The notes under the pieces were generated by a model. It did no database searches, was not told where the DNA came from, and saw nothing but the letters and a program-made list of their open reading frames with translations. From NCBI GenBank assembly GCA_045539515.1, contig JAZQFN010000065.1, forward strand, positions 3,429 to 67,428: DNA of 64,000 bases, in the 5' to 3' direction. The first letter of the stretch is position 1. Each line of letters begins with the position of its first letter. Of this stretch, positions 1 through 7,223 are shown piece after piece. The stretch is from Clostridia bacterium (GTDB lineage: Bacteria > Bacillota > Clostridia > UMGS1810). The position numbers and the translations under genes are program-made.

Positions 1-5
1 TGGTC

Positions 6-230
6 TTAAAATAGTTTCTTTCTTTTTATACCCAATACATAATCCGCACTTACATTGTAATAATTGCAAAGTGTTATCAGGTGATGAAGGGGCAGCTCAT
101 TAGCTCCTCGCTCGTATCTTGCATACATGGTTTGCGATGTACCCAACACCTCTGCAATTTCCGATTGGGTTTTGTCGTGATCTTCCCTCAAATCTCGGAT
201 TATTTTGATATAATGCGCATCCATAAGCAC
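6..230 (-). CDS. XRE-family helix-turn-helix transcriptional regulator
   Basis: 74 aa. Typical HTH_3 pattern: KTQSEIAEVLGTSQTMYARYERG...LITLCNYYNVSADYVLG. Confidence 0.8.
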   Translation of the reverse strand: MLMDAHYIKIIRDLREDHDKTQSEIAEVLGTSQTMYARYERGANELPLHHLITLCNYYNVSADYVLGIKRKKLF

Positions 231-364
231 ACCCCATTACTTCGATATAGTTATATTATATCAAGTAAATAAATTTACTATTGACTTTAGTAAATATTTG
301 TACTAAAATGTACTTATATAGAGCGATATATCCACAAAAGAAACGAATAGAAAGGATGTTTATT

Positions 365-772
365 ATGAAAAAATTATTATGTTTGTTATTGGTAATGATT
401 ATAAGCATTTCACTTGTTGCTTGTGGTACAGGCGACGATTCAAAGACCAAGAAAGAGTCTGAAACGAAAGCAAACGAAACCTTAGAAAAATGTCCGGAAG
501 ATAAAAACGGAATTCACGATTGGGATGAAGCCACTTGTGAAGAACCTGCAAAATGCGATAAATGCGGTGTGTATAAGGACGATAAACTCGGAACTCATAG
601 TTGGGAACCTGCAAACTGCACACAACCTGCAACCTGCTATCATTGTGGGGAAATTAAAGATGATAAATTAGGAAGTCATGAGTGGTGGGAAAACGAAAAC
701 GATATTCGTGAGTGCTATCATTGCGGAATGTTATACGAAGATTATGTTTCAATCCAGCAAAGTCAGAACTGA
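365..772 (+). CDS. Cys-rich secreted lipoprotein with three CxxC-containing repeats
   Basis: ATG at 365 lies 9 nt after GAAAGGA. Lipobox LVACGT. Three ~27-aa repeats of form G-x-H-x-W-x(3-6)-C-x2-P-x2-C-x2-CG...KDDKLG. Confidence 0.6.
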   Translation: MKKLLCLLLVMIISISLVACGTGDDSKTKKESETKANETLEKCPEDKNGIHDWDEATCEEPAKCDKCGVYKDDKLGTHSWEPANCTQPATCYHCGEIKDDKLGSHEWWENENDIRECYHCGMLYEDYVSIQQSQN

Positions 773-815
773 TAAATATAATTCTTAATTGTAAAAACTC
801 GTCTCTATATTGGAC

Positions 816-850
816 AAACGCCACTCTTTCAAAAGTGGCGTTTGTTTCTT
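816..850 (+). terminator. Rho-independent terminator
   Basis: AAACGCCAC / GTGGCGTTT stem followed by a T-rich tract. Confidence 0.6.
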
Positions 851-922
851 TACATGCAAAATACTTATTTGGGTTTTCAGACATTTACAATTTCTTCATA
901 GCAAAATCCCTTTCAAATTAAC

Positions 923-1070
923 AAAAAAGTTTTACATTTTTAAATTTGAGAAACCTTCAAAAGTCCTAAAACCCTTGTAATTCCTTATTACGACAGTAAC
1001 AAGGTTCTCGGGTACCCAACAGAAATCTTGATTTCGTGTTGGGTGGGGTTCTTATTTATTCATACATTCC
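923..1070. repeat. Copy A of the GGGtGRT downstream/3'-end repeat (interrupted, partial)
   Basis: Matches 2445-2525 and 5252-5330. Interrupted by ~62 bp (990-1050) bounded by CTTATT direct repeats. Retains only the first ~17 bp of the gene's 3' end (TTATTTATTCATACATTCC). Confidence 0.7.
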
Positions 1071-1104
1071 CCAATAGTCTCCACAAATGTCACTAAACAG
1101 CGTG

Positions 1105-1275
1105 TCAATCACTTTCCTTTTTATCTACAGGTATAAGTTTTACTATTTTGTTATCATCATTCTCACTTGAGTCAATATATATTTCTTCGGTTTCCTGCTG
1201 TGCCTTTTGCAATATATCTATTGCCTCGGTTACTGCAACAAATAACTTTTTGTACATAGTTTTATAATCCGGCAT
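1105..1275 (-). CDS. Small conserved hypothetical protein (MPDYKTMYKKLF...)
   Basis: AAGGAG RBS precedes the ATG at 1275. The N-terminal MPDYK..MY..LF motif resembles small ORFs I recall from accessory regions of Clostridia. Function unknown. Confidence 0.5.
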   Translation of the reverse strand: MPDYKTMYKKLFVAVTEAIDILQKAQQETEEIYIDSSENDDNKIVKLIPVDKKESD

Positions 1276-1292
1276 TGTGATTCTCCTTTGCA

Positions 1293-1321
1293 ATAAAAAA
1301 ATGCGCTCCCGAAGGAACGCA
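1293..1321 (-). terminator. Terminator-like hairpin inside the leader of the small ORF
   Basis: On the minus strand, TGCGTTCC-TTCG-GGAGCGCA is followed by TTTTTTT, immediately upstream of the RBS. Confidence 0.5.
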
Positions 1322-1509
1322 CGAAAAAGTGTATTCCCTCGCAGTTGTCACACAGCTTCGACATTCAACAGAGAAACGCGAAAAGAGAGAAACACCTTTT
1401 ACCAAAGGTATGTTTCCCTGTTGAAGACATAATATGAAGCTATGTGACTTTGTAATTATATCATAAAATGTCAGATAATACAATATCTTTTAAAAAATAT
1501 CAAATTTAT

Positions 1510-1560
1510 ACAAAAAAATAATCCCATCACTTTGATTTTACTCCAAATGATGGGAATTAT
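1510..1560 (-). terminator. Rho-independent terminator of the DUF6273 gene
   Basis: 13-bp stem AATAATCCCATCA/TGATGGGATTATT, followed by a T-run on the minus strand. Confidence 0.7.
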
Positions 1561-1655
1561 TTATAATATTTATTCTGCCTGACCGCAGAAATTATTTAAC
1601 TGTTTAAAATAGTGCCAAAAAATGTACGTACCAAAATTGTTTGTGATATCAAATC

Positions 1656-2378
1656 TTATTTTATATCAATCCACATAGCAGGACGGATATATCCTGAAGA
1701 ACCTCCTATATACTGGTCGTTTCCTATACTGCCGTCATTGTTAACACACTGCGTATACAATTCTGACTCTCCGGGGGAACGCAGTACCCATTCAACCAAG
1801 TCAGCAGGATAATGATAACTGTCATATCTGTCTATTGCATACGCAGTCGCCTCTGCTAATCGTTGTTCATTTTCCGGAAAGTATTGCTCCACTTCATTAC
1901 CGCTTAACAAAAACACCTTATCTTCAGTGTTGCCTCCGCCGTTTGTGCCAAATTCTGTGTTGCTGCTATTTTCAACCGCATGCAAAAGAATCTTTTCTTT
2001 TTCTTCATCAGAAAAGGCTTCCTGTATAAAATCTTTGTTAAGCCAATTTCTCAAATCGCTATCTTCCCAAGTCATTATTTTTCCGTTTGCACTAAATGGA
2101 ATTTCAGTATCTAACAAACACTTGCTGATAACAAGCAATTTATCGTCAGTTTTATCAAGGACTATCCATTCTATATCTTCTTTTTCCTCTGAAACATTGT
2201 CCTGCTCATATTTTCCGAATGTTATTATACTTCCTACATTTGCTGCTTTAACTTTTTTCATAACTTCATTAAAGTCTGATTGTTCATTTTCTTGTATGTT
2301 ATTTGTTGAATTATCACATCCGGTAAACGCCAGTAATATAGCAATAACACACAGGAATATACTTAAAAATTTTTTCAT
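1656..2378 (-). CDS. DUF6273-like lipoprotein
   Basis: Lipobox FTGC. Motifs: FGKYEQDN, EDIEWIVLDK, TWEDSDLRNWLN, DKVFLLS..E, WVLRSPG, IRPAMWI. Confidence 0.7.
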   Translation of the reverse strand: MKKFLSIFLCVIAILLAFTGCDNSTNNIQENEQSDFNEVMKKVKAANVGSIITFGKYEQDNVSEEKEDIEWIVLDKTDDKLLVISKCLLDTEIPFSANGKIMTWEDSDLRNWLNKDFIQEAFSDEEKEKILLHAVENSSNTEFGTNGGGNTEDKVFLLSGNEVEQYFPENEQRLAEATAYAIDRYDSYHYPADLVEWVLRSPGESELYTQCVNNDGSIGNDQYIGGSSGYIRPAMWIDIK

Positions 2379-2395
2379 GATACACTCTCCTGTAT

Positions 2396-2599
2396 AAAGT
2401 TGGACACATCATGGGTAAAAACCCAAAATGATGTGTCCAACTAAAAAATTCTACATTTTTAAATTCAAGAAATTTTCAAAAGTCCTAAAACCCTTGTAAT
2501 TCCTTATTTATTCATACATTCCTGTACTGCAACAGCAACTGCAACGGTCATACCAACCATGGGGTTGTTACCTGCGCCGATAAGACCCATCATTTCAAC
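2396..2599. repeat. Copy B of the GGGtGRT 3'-end + terminator repeat (pseudo-3' end)
   Basis: ~204 bp, near-identical to 5203-5407. Includes the last ~93 bp of the coding sequence, with a few substitutions, and the downstream hairpin. Confidence 0.85.
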
Positions 2600-2778
2600 A
2601 TATCAAGCCCACTTCGTGGTCTTGATTGGGTGGTGCAGTAATGCAGAAACCTTGATTAAATAAGGCTTTGTTTTATGTATTACTTATTTGTCGGTCACAT
2701 CAATGATGTGATTCCATGCATACGTTATACCATAACGTGATTAGTTTGTCAAAACCTATTTTTGAAGAAAATTTAAAC

Positions 2779-2807
2779 TTGACATATTTAATAAAATATG
2801 ATAATAT
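2779..2807 (+). promoter_or_regulatory. Sigma-A-type promoter (TTGACA-17-TAATAT with TG extension)
   Basis: TTGACA at 2779-2784, 17-nt spacer, TGaTAATAT at 2799-2807. Confidence 0.55.
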
Positions 2808-2811
2808 AAGT

Positions 2812-2903
2812 GTAGCAAGAGGGAACGACATCAGTTGTTTCCGCAAAGTAAATCGTTTTATTTAAAGCCGTCTACTTGGCAGAGTAGGCGGTTATTTCTT
2901 TAT
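2812..2903 (+). ncRNA. Candidate antisense (antitoxin) RNA
   Basis: Starts just after the 2779 promoter. Ends at hairpin 2867-2892 plus TTATTTCTTT. It overlaps the stop codon and terminator of the convergent small toxin-like ORF. Confidence 0.35.
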
Positions 2904-2954
2904 GTAAATAATTATTATCATAACTAATAATGTAAATGACAACACATATTCCAT
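2892..2954 (-). CDS. 20-aa hydrophobic peptide MEYVLSFTLLVMIIIIYIKK (candidate type I toxin)
   Basis: AAGGGGG SD lies 8 nt upstream of the ATG. It has its own TTGACA-17-TATAAT promoter. The SD can pair with an upstream CACCTC. The peptide is a single TM-like segment with a KK tail. The ORF was missed by the ORF track because of its size. Confidence 0.4.
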   Translation of the reverse strand: MEYVLSFTLLVMIIIIYIKK

Positions 2955-3019
2955 AACAAACACCCCCTTTCATAGAGGTGTCGGAAACAACCGCCGCCGT
3001 TTCTCTTGCTACGAATGGT

Positions 3020-3048
3020 ATTATAGCATAAAAGGCAGATTATGTCAA
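3020..3048 (-). promoter_or_regulatory. Consensus promoter for the toxin-like mRNA
   Basis: On the minus strand, TTGACA (3048-3043), 17-nt spacer, TATAAT (3025-3020). Confidence 0.6.
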
Positions 3049-3256
3049 ATTAAAGCTATCACATAAAATCAACCTTTATACATTTTTCAAACAACTAACT
3101 AACATCTTTTATACTTCTTTAATACATCTCTCTTATCTTATTAAGGTAAATGGCAAATCCTTCTCTTACTTCTGGCGGTGAAACGATTTGAACTCTTTTA
3201 CCAAATCACAGCATTAAAAAATTCTTTCATATTTGACGAAATTTGAAAAGATATAT

Positions 3257-3284
3257 TGATTTGAAAATCCAAAAGTGGTATAAT
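3257..3284 (+). promoter_or_regulatory. Promoter TTGATT-16-TATAAT with TGn extension
   Basis: TTGATT at 3257-3262; TGgTATAAT at 3276-3284. Confidence 0.55.
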
Positions 3285-3287
3285 ATA

Positions 3288-3519
3288 GTCACCACAATAA
3301 TAATTTCAAGAATAGAAATCTGGATATTTTAACGAATATCTCTTTTGTGTTACCATTTTTTATGGTATCGCAGGACAATTTTGTGTTTTGTTAAAAAACG
3401 CAGGCTTTAATATGTATTGTCTTGTGATATTCATATTTTGAGATTATTGTTGTGGTGACATGAAATCAAGCCTCGTTTTTTTGTGCGTGGTACAGATTTC
3501 TCTTGCCACGCATTTTTTA
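3288..3519 (+). ncRNA. Candidate structured RNA (unclassified sRNA or leader)
   Basis: A ~26-bp closing helix pairs 3288-3313 with 3434-3459 and encloses several hairpins. It is followed by hairpin 3484-3512 and TTTTTT. No SD-preceded ORF lies inside on either strand. Confidence 0.35.
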
Positions 3520-3592
3520 TTGCGTGAGAATTTAGAGAGGAGTAAAATTTCAATTTATATAAAAAATAAAGGTTAAAGAAAGGGTTTTGAAA

Positions 3593-4909
3593 ATGAAAAA
3601 AATTATTTCAATTATCTTATCATTAGTATTGGTATTGTCAAGCATTCAAGTTGTTTTTGCCAATAACGATATTACCGTAAAAATTGATGGACAACAAATT
3701 GCTTTTGACGTATCTCCGCAAACAATAAACGGTAGAACAATGGTACCTCTACGTGCGATTTTTGAATCTCTTGGTGCAACTGTTGAATGGAATAACAACA
3801 CAAGGACTGTAACCGCAGAAAACGAAAGTACTATAATTCGTTTAACAATAGATGACGATATGATGTCCGTAAATGGAACAATAAAATTACTTGATGCACC
3901 TGCGTGCATAGTAAACGGAAGAACTTTGGTGCCTGTTAGGGCCATTTCAGAAGCATTTGGCGCAATTGTAGACTGGGATGGGACAACAAATACAGTTATA
4001 ATTACAACTGATAATGATTCGTACAAAACAGCCATTAAATCAAAAGATGATTTTATAAAGTACGTAAAAGAGTATGGAAGAAAACAAAATTCATTTTATT
4101 ATGTTAGTGCCATAGATTCAAATAACAACAAAATTTTCTTGTATTATATGCCAGAAGAATCCGACTCTATTTTAATTGGTTACAACTCCACTTATGGCAC
4201 TGAAGTTTTAGATTTGGTTTATGTTCTAAAAGAAAATGACACCACATCTTCCTATAGTGGAACATACACTGTAACACAAGGTAATAAAAAACTGGAATAT
4301 ACATTCGATGGTTCTTATAAAGCAATCGATATTAATAAATACTATACACCTAAAATATCAGGTTTCACAGTTGAATTTGAAGGCGTAGATATGACTGGAC
4401 GTGATCTTCAAAACGATAGAGAATCCAAAGAACTATTACAAACATTAATTACAGAAAATTTTGTACTTTCAATTATATCAGCTCAACAAAATTTTAATTT
4501 ATATCCTGCATCATTTAATTTTAAGTCTCTACTTAAGGTTAATAATACTGATTCGGAAAAAAATGTATCTAAGACAGAAGAAAATAATACATCAAAGTAT
4601 GAAGAAGAATATAATGTGTTAATTGAATGGGGGAACCAAAAAGTTCAAGAAATATCTGAAGAGGCACAAAAAATTTATAATCAAACCATAGAATCTGAAA
4701 AGAGAAGATATTTTCCAAATTACGATAGTAGTAATCTTGATGGATACGCGGCTTATAACATGCAAAGACAGTTGGATGCATTAATGCCAACAATAAAACA
4801 ATCTGCAGAATTAGCAAGTAAAGCATATGAGGCAGATGCATTAGAAACTCTTGCGGCATTTTTGCAAGATGAAATTGCAAAATTAAAACAAAAATATAAT
4901 ATAAGATAA
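3593..4909 (+). CDS. Secreted protein with two copper-amine-oxidase N-terminal (stalk-like) repeats and an unknown C-terminal region
   Basis: Signal peptide present. INGRTMVPLRAIFESLGATVEWNN..RTVT and VNGRTLVPVRAISEAFGAIVDWDG are typical Cu_amine_oxidN1 repeats. ATG at 3593 has an AAGAAAGGG RBS. The track start at 3587 is a TTG. Confidence 0.7.
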   Translation: MKKIISIILSLVLVLSSIQVVFANNDITVKIDGQQIAFDVSPQTINGRTMVPLRAIFESLGATVEWNNNTRTVTAENESTIIRLTIDDDMMSVNGTIKLLDAPACIVNGRTLVPVRAISEAFGAIVDWDGTTNTVIITTDNDSYKTAIKSKDDFIKYVKEYGRKQNSFYYVSAIDSNNNKIFLYYMPEESDSILIGYNSTYGTEVLDLVYVLKENDTTSSYSGTYTVTQGNKKLEYTFDGSYKAIDINKYYTPKISGFTVEFEGVDMTGRDLQNDRESKELLQTLITENFVLSIISAQQNFNLYPASFNFKSLLKVNNTDSEKNVSKTEENNTSKYEEEYNVLIEWGNQKVQEISEEAQKIYNQTIESEKRRYFPNYDSSNLDGYAAYNMQRQLDALMPTIKQSAELASKAYEADALETLAAFLQDEIAKLKQKYNIR

Positions 4910-4946
4910 TATTATCTGACAGATTAATTAGAAACATCAAAAAATA

Positions 4947-5008
4947 AAGTCAGACAATTAACAAAAACCATTTTAAAATATTGGTGTTAATTGTCTGACT
5001 TAAATTTT
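4947..5008. terminator. Bidirectional terminator
   Basis: 17-bp stem AAGTCAGACAATTAACA/TGTTAATTGTCTGACTT between convergent ORFs. Confidence 0.7.
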
Positions 5009-5010
5009 AT

Positions 5011-5202
5011 CTATTTTTCCAAAAGAGAAACATATTTATAGACGGTTGTACGGCTCATGTCGCACACTCTGGCAAGTTCTGAAACATTCAATTTGCCAGA
5101 CTTCAAAGACGGATAATGCCGTAAAAATATAGACGGTATATCTTCTTTTGTTAATTGCGGTCTGACGATATTTGCTTCTTTTGCTCTGGCATTTTTACAC
5201 AA
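5011..5202 (-). pseudogene. Remnant of a resolvase/invertase-type C-terminal HTH domain
   Basis: Only a C-terminal HTH is present (LNVSELARVCDMSRTTVYKYV), preceded by a VRPQ linker like the GRP linker of small serine recombinases. The reading frame opens only by running into repeat copy C (GTG inside the hairpin), and there is no SD. Confidence 0.4.
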
Positions 5203-5250
5203 AAAGTTGGACACATCACGGGTAAAAATCCCAAAATGATGTGTCCAACT
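5198..5250 (-). terminator. Rho-independent terminator of the GGGtGRT operon
   Basis: Long hairpin AGTTGGACACATCA...TGATGTGTCCAACT followed by TTTTT on the minus strand. Confidence 0.7.
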
Positions 5251-5407
5251 AAAAAATTCTACATTTTTAAATTCAAGAAATTTTCAAAAGTTCTAAAACC
5301 CTTGATATATCTTATTTATTCATACATTCCTGTACAGCAACAGCTACAGCAACAGTCATACCAACCATGGGGTTGTTACCTGCGCCGATAAGTCCCATCA
5401 TTTCAAC
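5203..5407. repeat. Copy C (native) of the repeat: true 3' end of the GGGtGRT gene plus downstream terminator
   Basis: Contiguous with the intact gene at 5312-6313. Confidence 0.85.
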
Positions 5408-6313
5408 GTGAGCGGGAACGGAGGAGGAACCTGCAAACTGTGCATCGGAGTGCATTCTTCCGAGAGTATCTGTCATACCGTAGGAAGCGGGGCCTGCAGC
5501 CATGTTATCGGGGTGAAGTGTACGTCCTGTCCCGCCACCGGAAGCAACGGAGAAGTACTTCTTGCCCTGAGCTACACATTCCTTCTTATATGTACCTGCA
5601 ACAGGGTGCTGGAATCTTGTGGGGTTGGTGGAGTTACCTGTAATGGAAACGTCAACGCCCTCTAAGTGCATTATAGCAACACCTTCTCTAACGTCATCGG
5701 AGCCGTAGCAACGAACCTTAGCTCTTTCGCCGTCGGAGTAAGCTTTTTCTTTAACTACATTAACCTTACCTGTAGCGTAATCGAACTGAGTCTGTACATA
5801 TGTAAAGCCGTTGATTCTGGAGATAATCTGAGCAGCGTCCTTACCAAGACCGTTGAGGATTACTCTAAGGGGTTCTTTTCTTACCTTGTTTGCACTCTTA
5901 GCGATACCGATAGCACCTTCAGCAGCTGCGAAGGATTCGTGACCTGCAAGGAATGCAAAGCACTTTGTTTCTTCTCTTAAGAGCATTGCGCCAAGGTTAC
6001 CGTGACCTAAGCCAACCTTTCTGTCGTCTGCAACAGAACCGTCGATACAGAAAGCCTGGAGGCCTTCACCGATAACTTCTGCAGCATCAGCAGCAGTTTT
6101 GCAACCCTTCTTAATAGCAAGAGCAGCACCTACAACATATGCCCAAGCAGCGTTTTCGAAGCAGATAGGCTGAATTTCCTTAACGATTGTATAGGGGTCG
6201 ATGCCCTTTTCGTCGCAGATTTTCTTAGCTTCGTCGATGTCCTTGATGCCGTTGGCATTGAGAACAGCGTTTATGTTATTTATTCTTCTTTCGTAACTTT
6301 CAAATAAAGCCAT
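5312..6313 (-). CDS. GGGtGRT-family protein (function unknown)
   Basis: Contains the eponymous ASGGGTGRTLHPDN motif. 333 aa. Confidence 0.85.
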   Translation of the reverse strand: MALFESYERRINNINAVLNANGIKDIDEAKKICDEKGIDPYTIVKEIQPICFENAAWAYVVGAALAIKKGCKTAADAAEVIGEGLQAFCIDGSVADDRKVGLGHGNLGAMLLREETKCFAFLAGHESFAAAEGAIGIAKSANKVRKEPLRVILNGLGKDAAQIISRINGFTYVQTQFDYATGKVNVVKEKAYSDGERAKVRCYGSDDVREGVAIMHLEGVDVSITGNSTNPTRFQHPVAGTYKKECVAQGKKYFSVASGGGTGRTLHPDNMAAGPASYGMTDTLGRMHSDAQFAGSSSVPAHVEMMGLIGAGNNPMVGMTVAVAVAVQECMNK

Positions 6314-6332
6314 TGTAACTACCTCCTCCTGA

Positions 6333-7025
6333 TTATTCGTGTCTGGGGTCGATGAGCTTAGCTGCGCTGTCTACACGGCCGTACTGACCGGAAGCCTTAG
6401 CGAGAGCTTCGTTAGCATCCATACCCTTTTTGATCATATCCATCATTTTGCCGAGGTGAACGAACTTGTAACCGATGATTTCATCATCTTCGTCAAGAGC
6501 AACGTTTGTTACATAGCCTTCTGCCATTTCAAGGTATCTGGGACCCTTTGCAAGAGTACCGAACATTGTACCAACCTGGCTTCTTAAGCCCTTACCGAGG
6601 TCTTCAAGACCTGCGCCTACGGGGAGACCGCCTTCGGAGAAAGCTGTCTGAGTTCTTCCGTATACAATCTGGAGGAAGAGTTCTCTCATAGCTGTGTTGA
6701 TAGCATCACAAACTAAGTCTGTGTTGAGAGCTTCAAGGATTGTCTTACCGGGAAGAATTTCGGATGCCATAGCGGCAGAGTGAGTCATACCGGAGCAACC
6801 GAGTGTTTCAACAAGTGCTTCCTGGATGATACCGTCTTTAACGTTTAATGTAAGCTTACATGCACCCTGCTGAGGAGCACACCAGCCTACACCGTGTGTA
6901 AGACCGGAAATGTCTTTAACTTCCTTGGATTTGGTCCACTGACCTTCCTGGGGAATGGGAGCAGGACCGTGGTTAGCGCCCTGTCTGACTACACACATAT
7001 TTTCTACTTCTGAACTGTAAATCAT
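6333..7025 (-). CDS. NifU-N-like iron-sulfur scaffold-type protein
   Basis: GCSGMTHSAAMASE...GKTILEAL resembles the NifU/IscU N-domain. ATG at 7025 follows a GAAAGGGG RBS. It sits 19 bp upstream of the GGGtGRT gene. Confidence 0.7.
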   Translation of the reverse strand: MIYSSEVENMCVVRQGANHGPAPIPQEGQWTKSKEVKDISGLTHGVGWCAPQQGACKLTLNVKDGIIQEALVETLGCSGMTHSAAMASEILPGKTILEALNTDLVCDAINTAMRELFLQIVYGRTQTAFSEGGLPVGAGLEDLGKGLRSQVGTMFGTLAKGPRYLEMAEGYVTNVALDEDDEIIGYKFVHLGKMMDMIKKGMDANEALAKASGQYGRVDSAAKLIDPRHE

Positions 7026-7223
7026 TAGAGTAAACCCCTTTCTGTTCATTATAATTAAATTAGATATATTTTAGCATATTATTGCAAAAGATACAAGTAA
7101 AATTTTTTATTTTCACCAAATTATACATTATTTATACTTTTTGTACCTTTTTTTATATTGCAAATATCATAATTTTATTGCATAATAAAAATATAAGACT
7201 ATAAAAGTCAAGGAGAAATCACT

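Larger units (their letters stand above)
1..5202. mobile_element. Degenerate AT-rich accessory island (stacked cassettes) at the 3' end of the GGGtGRT-family gene
   Basis: Three direct copies of the gene's 3' end/downstream region (923-1070, 2396-2599, 5203-5407) partition the segment. Cargo is small secreted/HTH proteins plus a truncated resolvase-type HTH ORF. The segment is visibly more AT-rich than the core genes to the right. No intact recombinase is present in the window. Confidence 0.4.

Noticed and set aside
1262-1483. 73-aa ORF on the minus strand upstream of the small MPDYK ORF.
   Set aside because: It overlaps the promoter, leader helix and terminator hairpin. It has no RBS and Cys/Phe-rich composition. 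It is treated as a non-coding leader.
3288-3459. A second type I toxin ORF inside the hairpin-closed element.
   Set aside because: Only very short ORFs exist (for example MYCLVIFIF and MVSQDNFVFC on the plus strand, and 14-24 aa on the minus strand). None has a credible SD or a convergent-promoter arrangement like the 2779-3048 locus.
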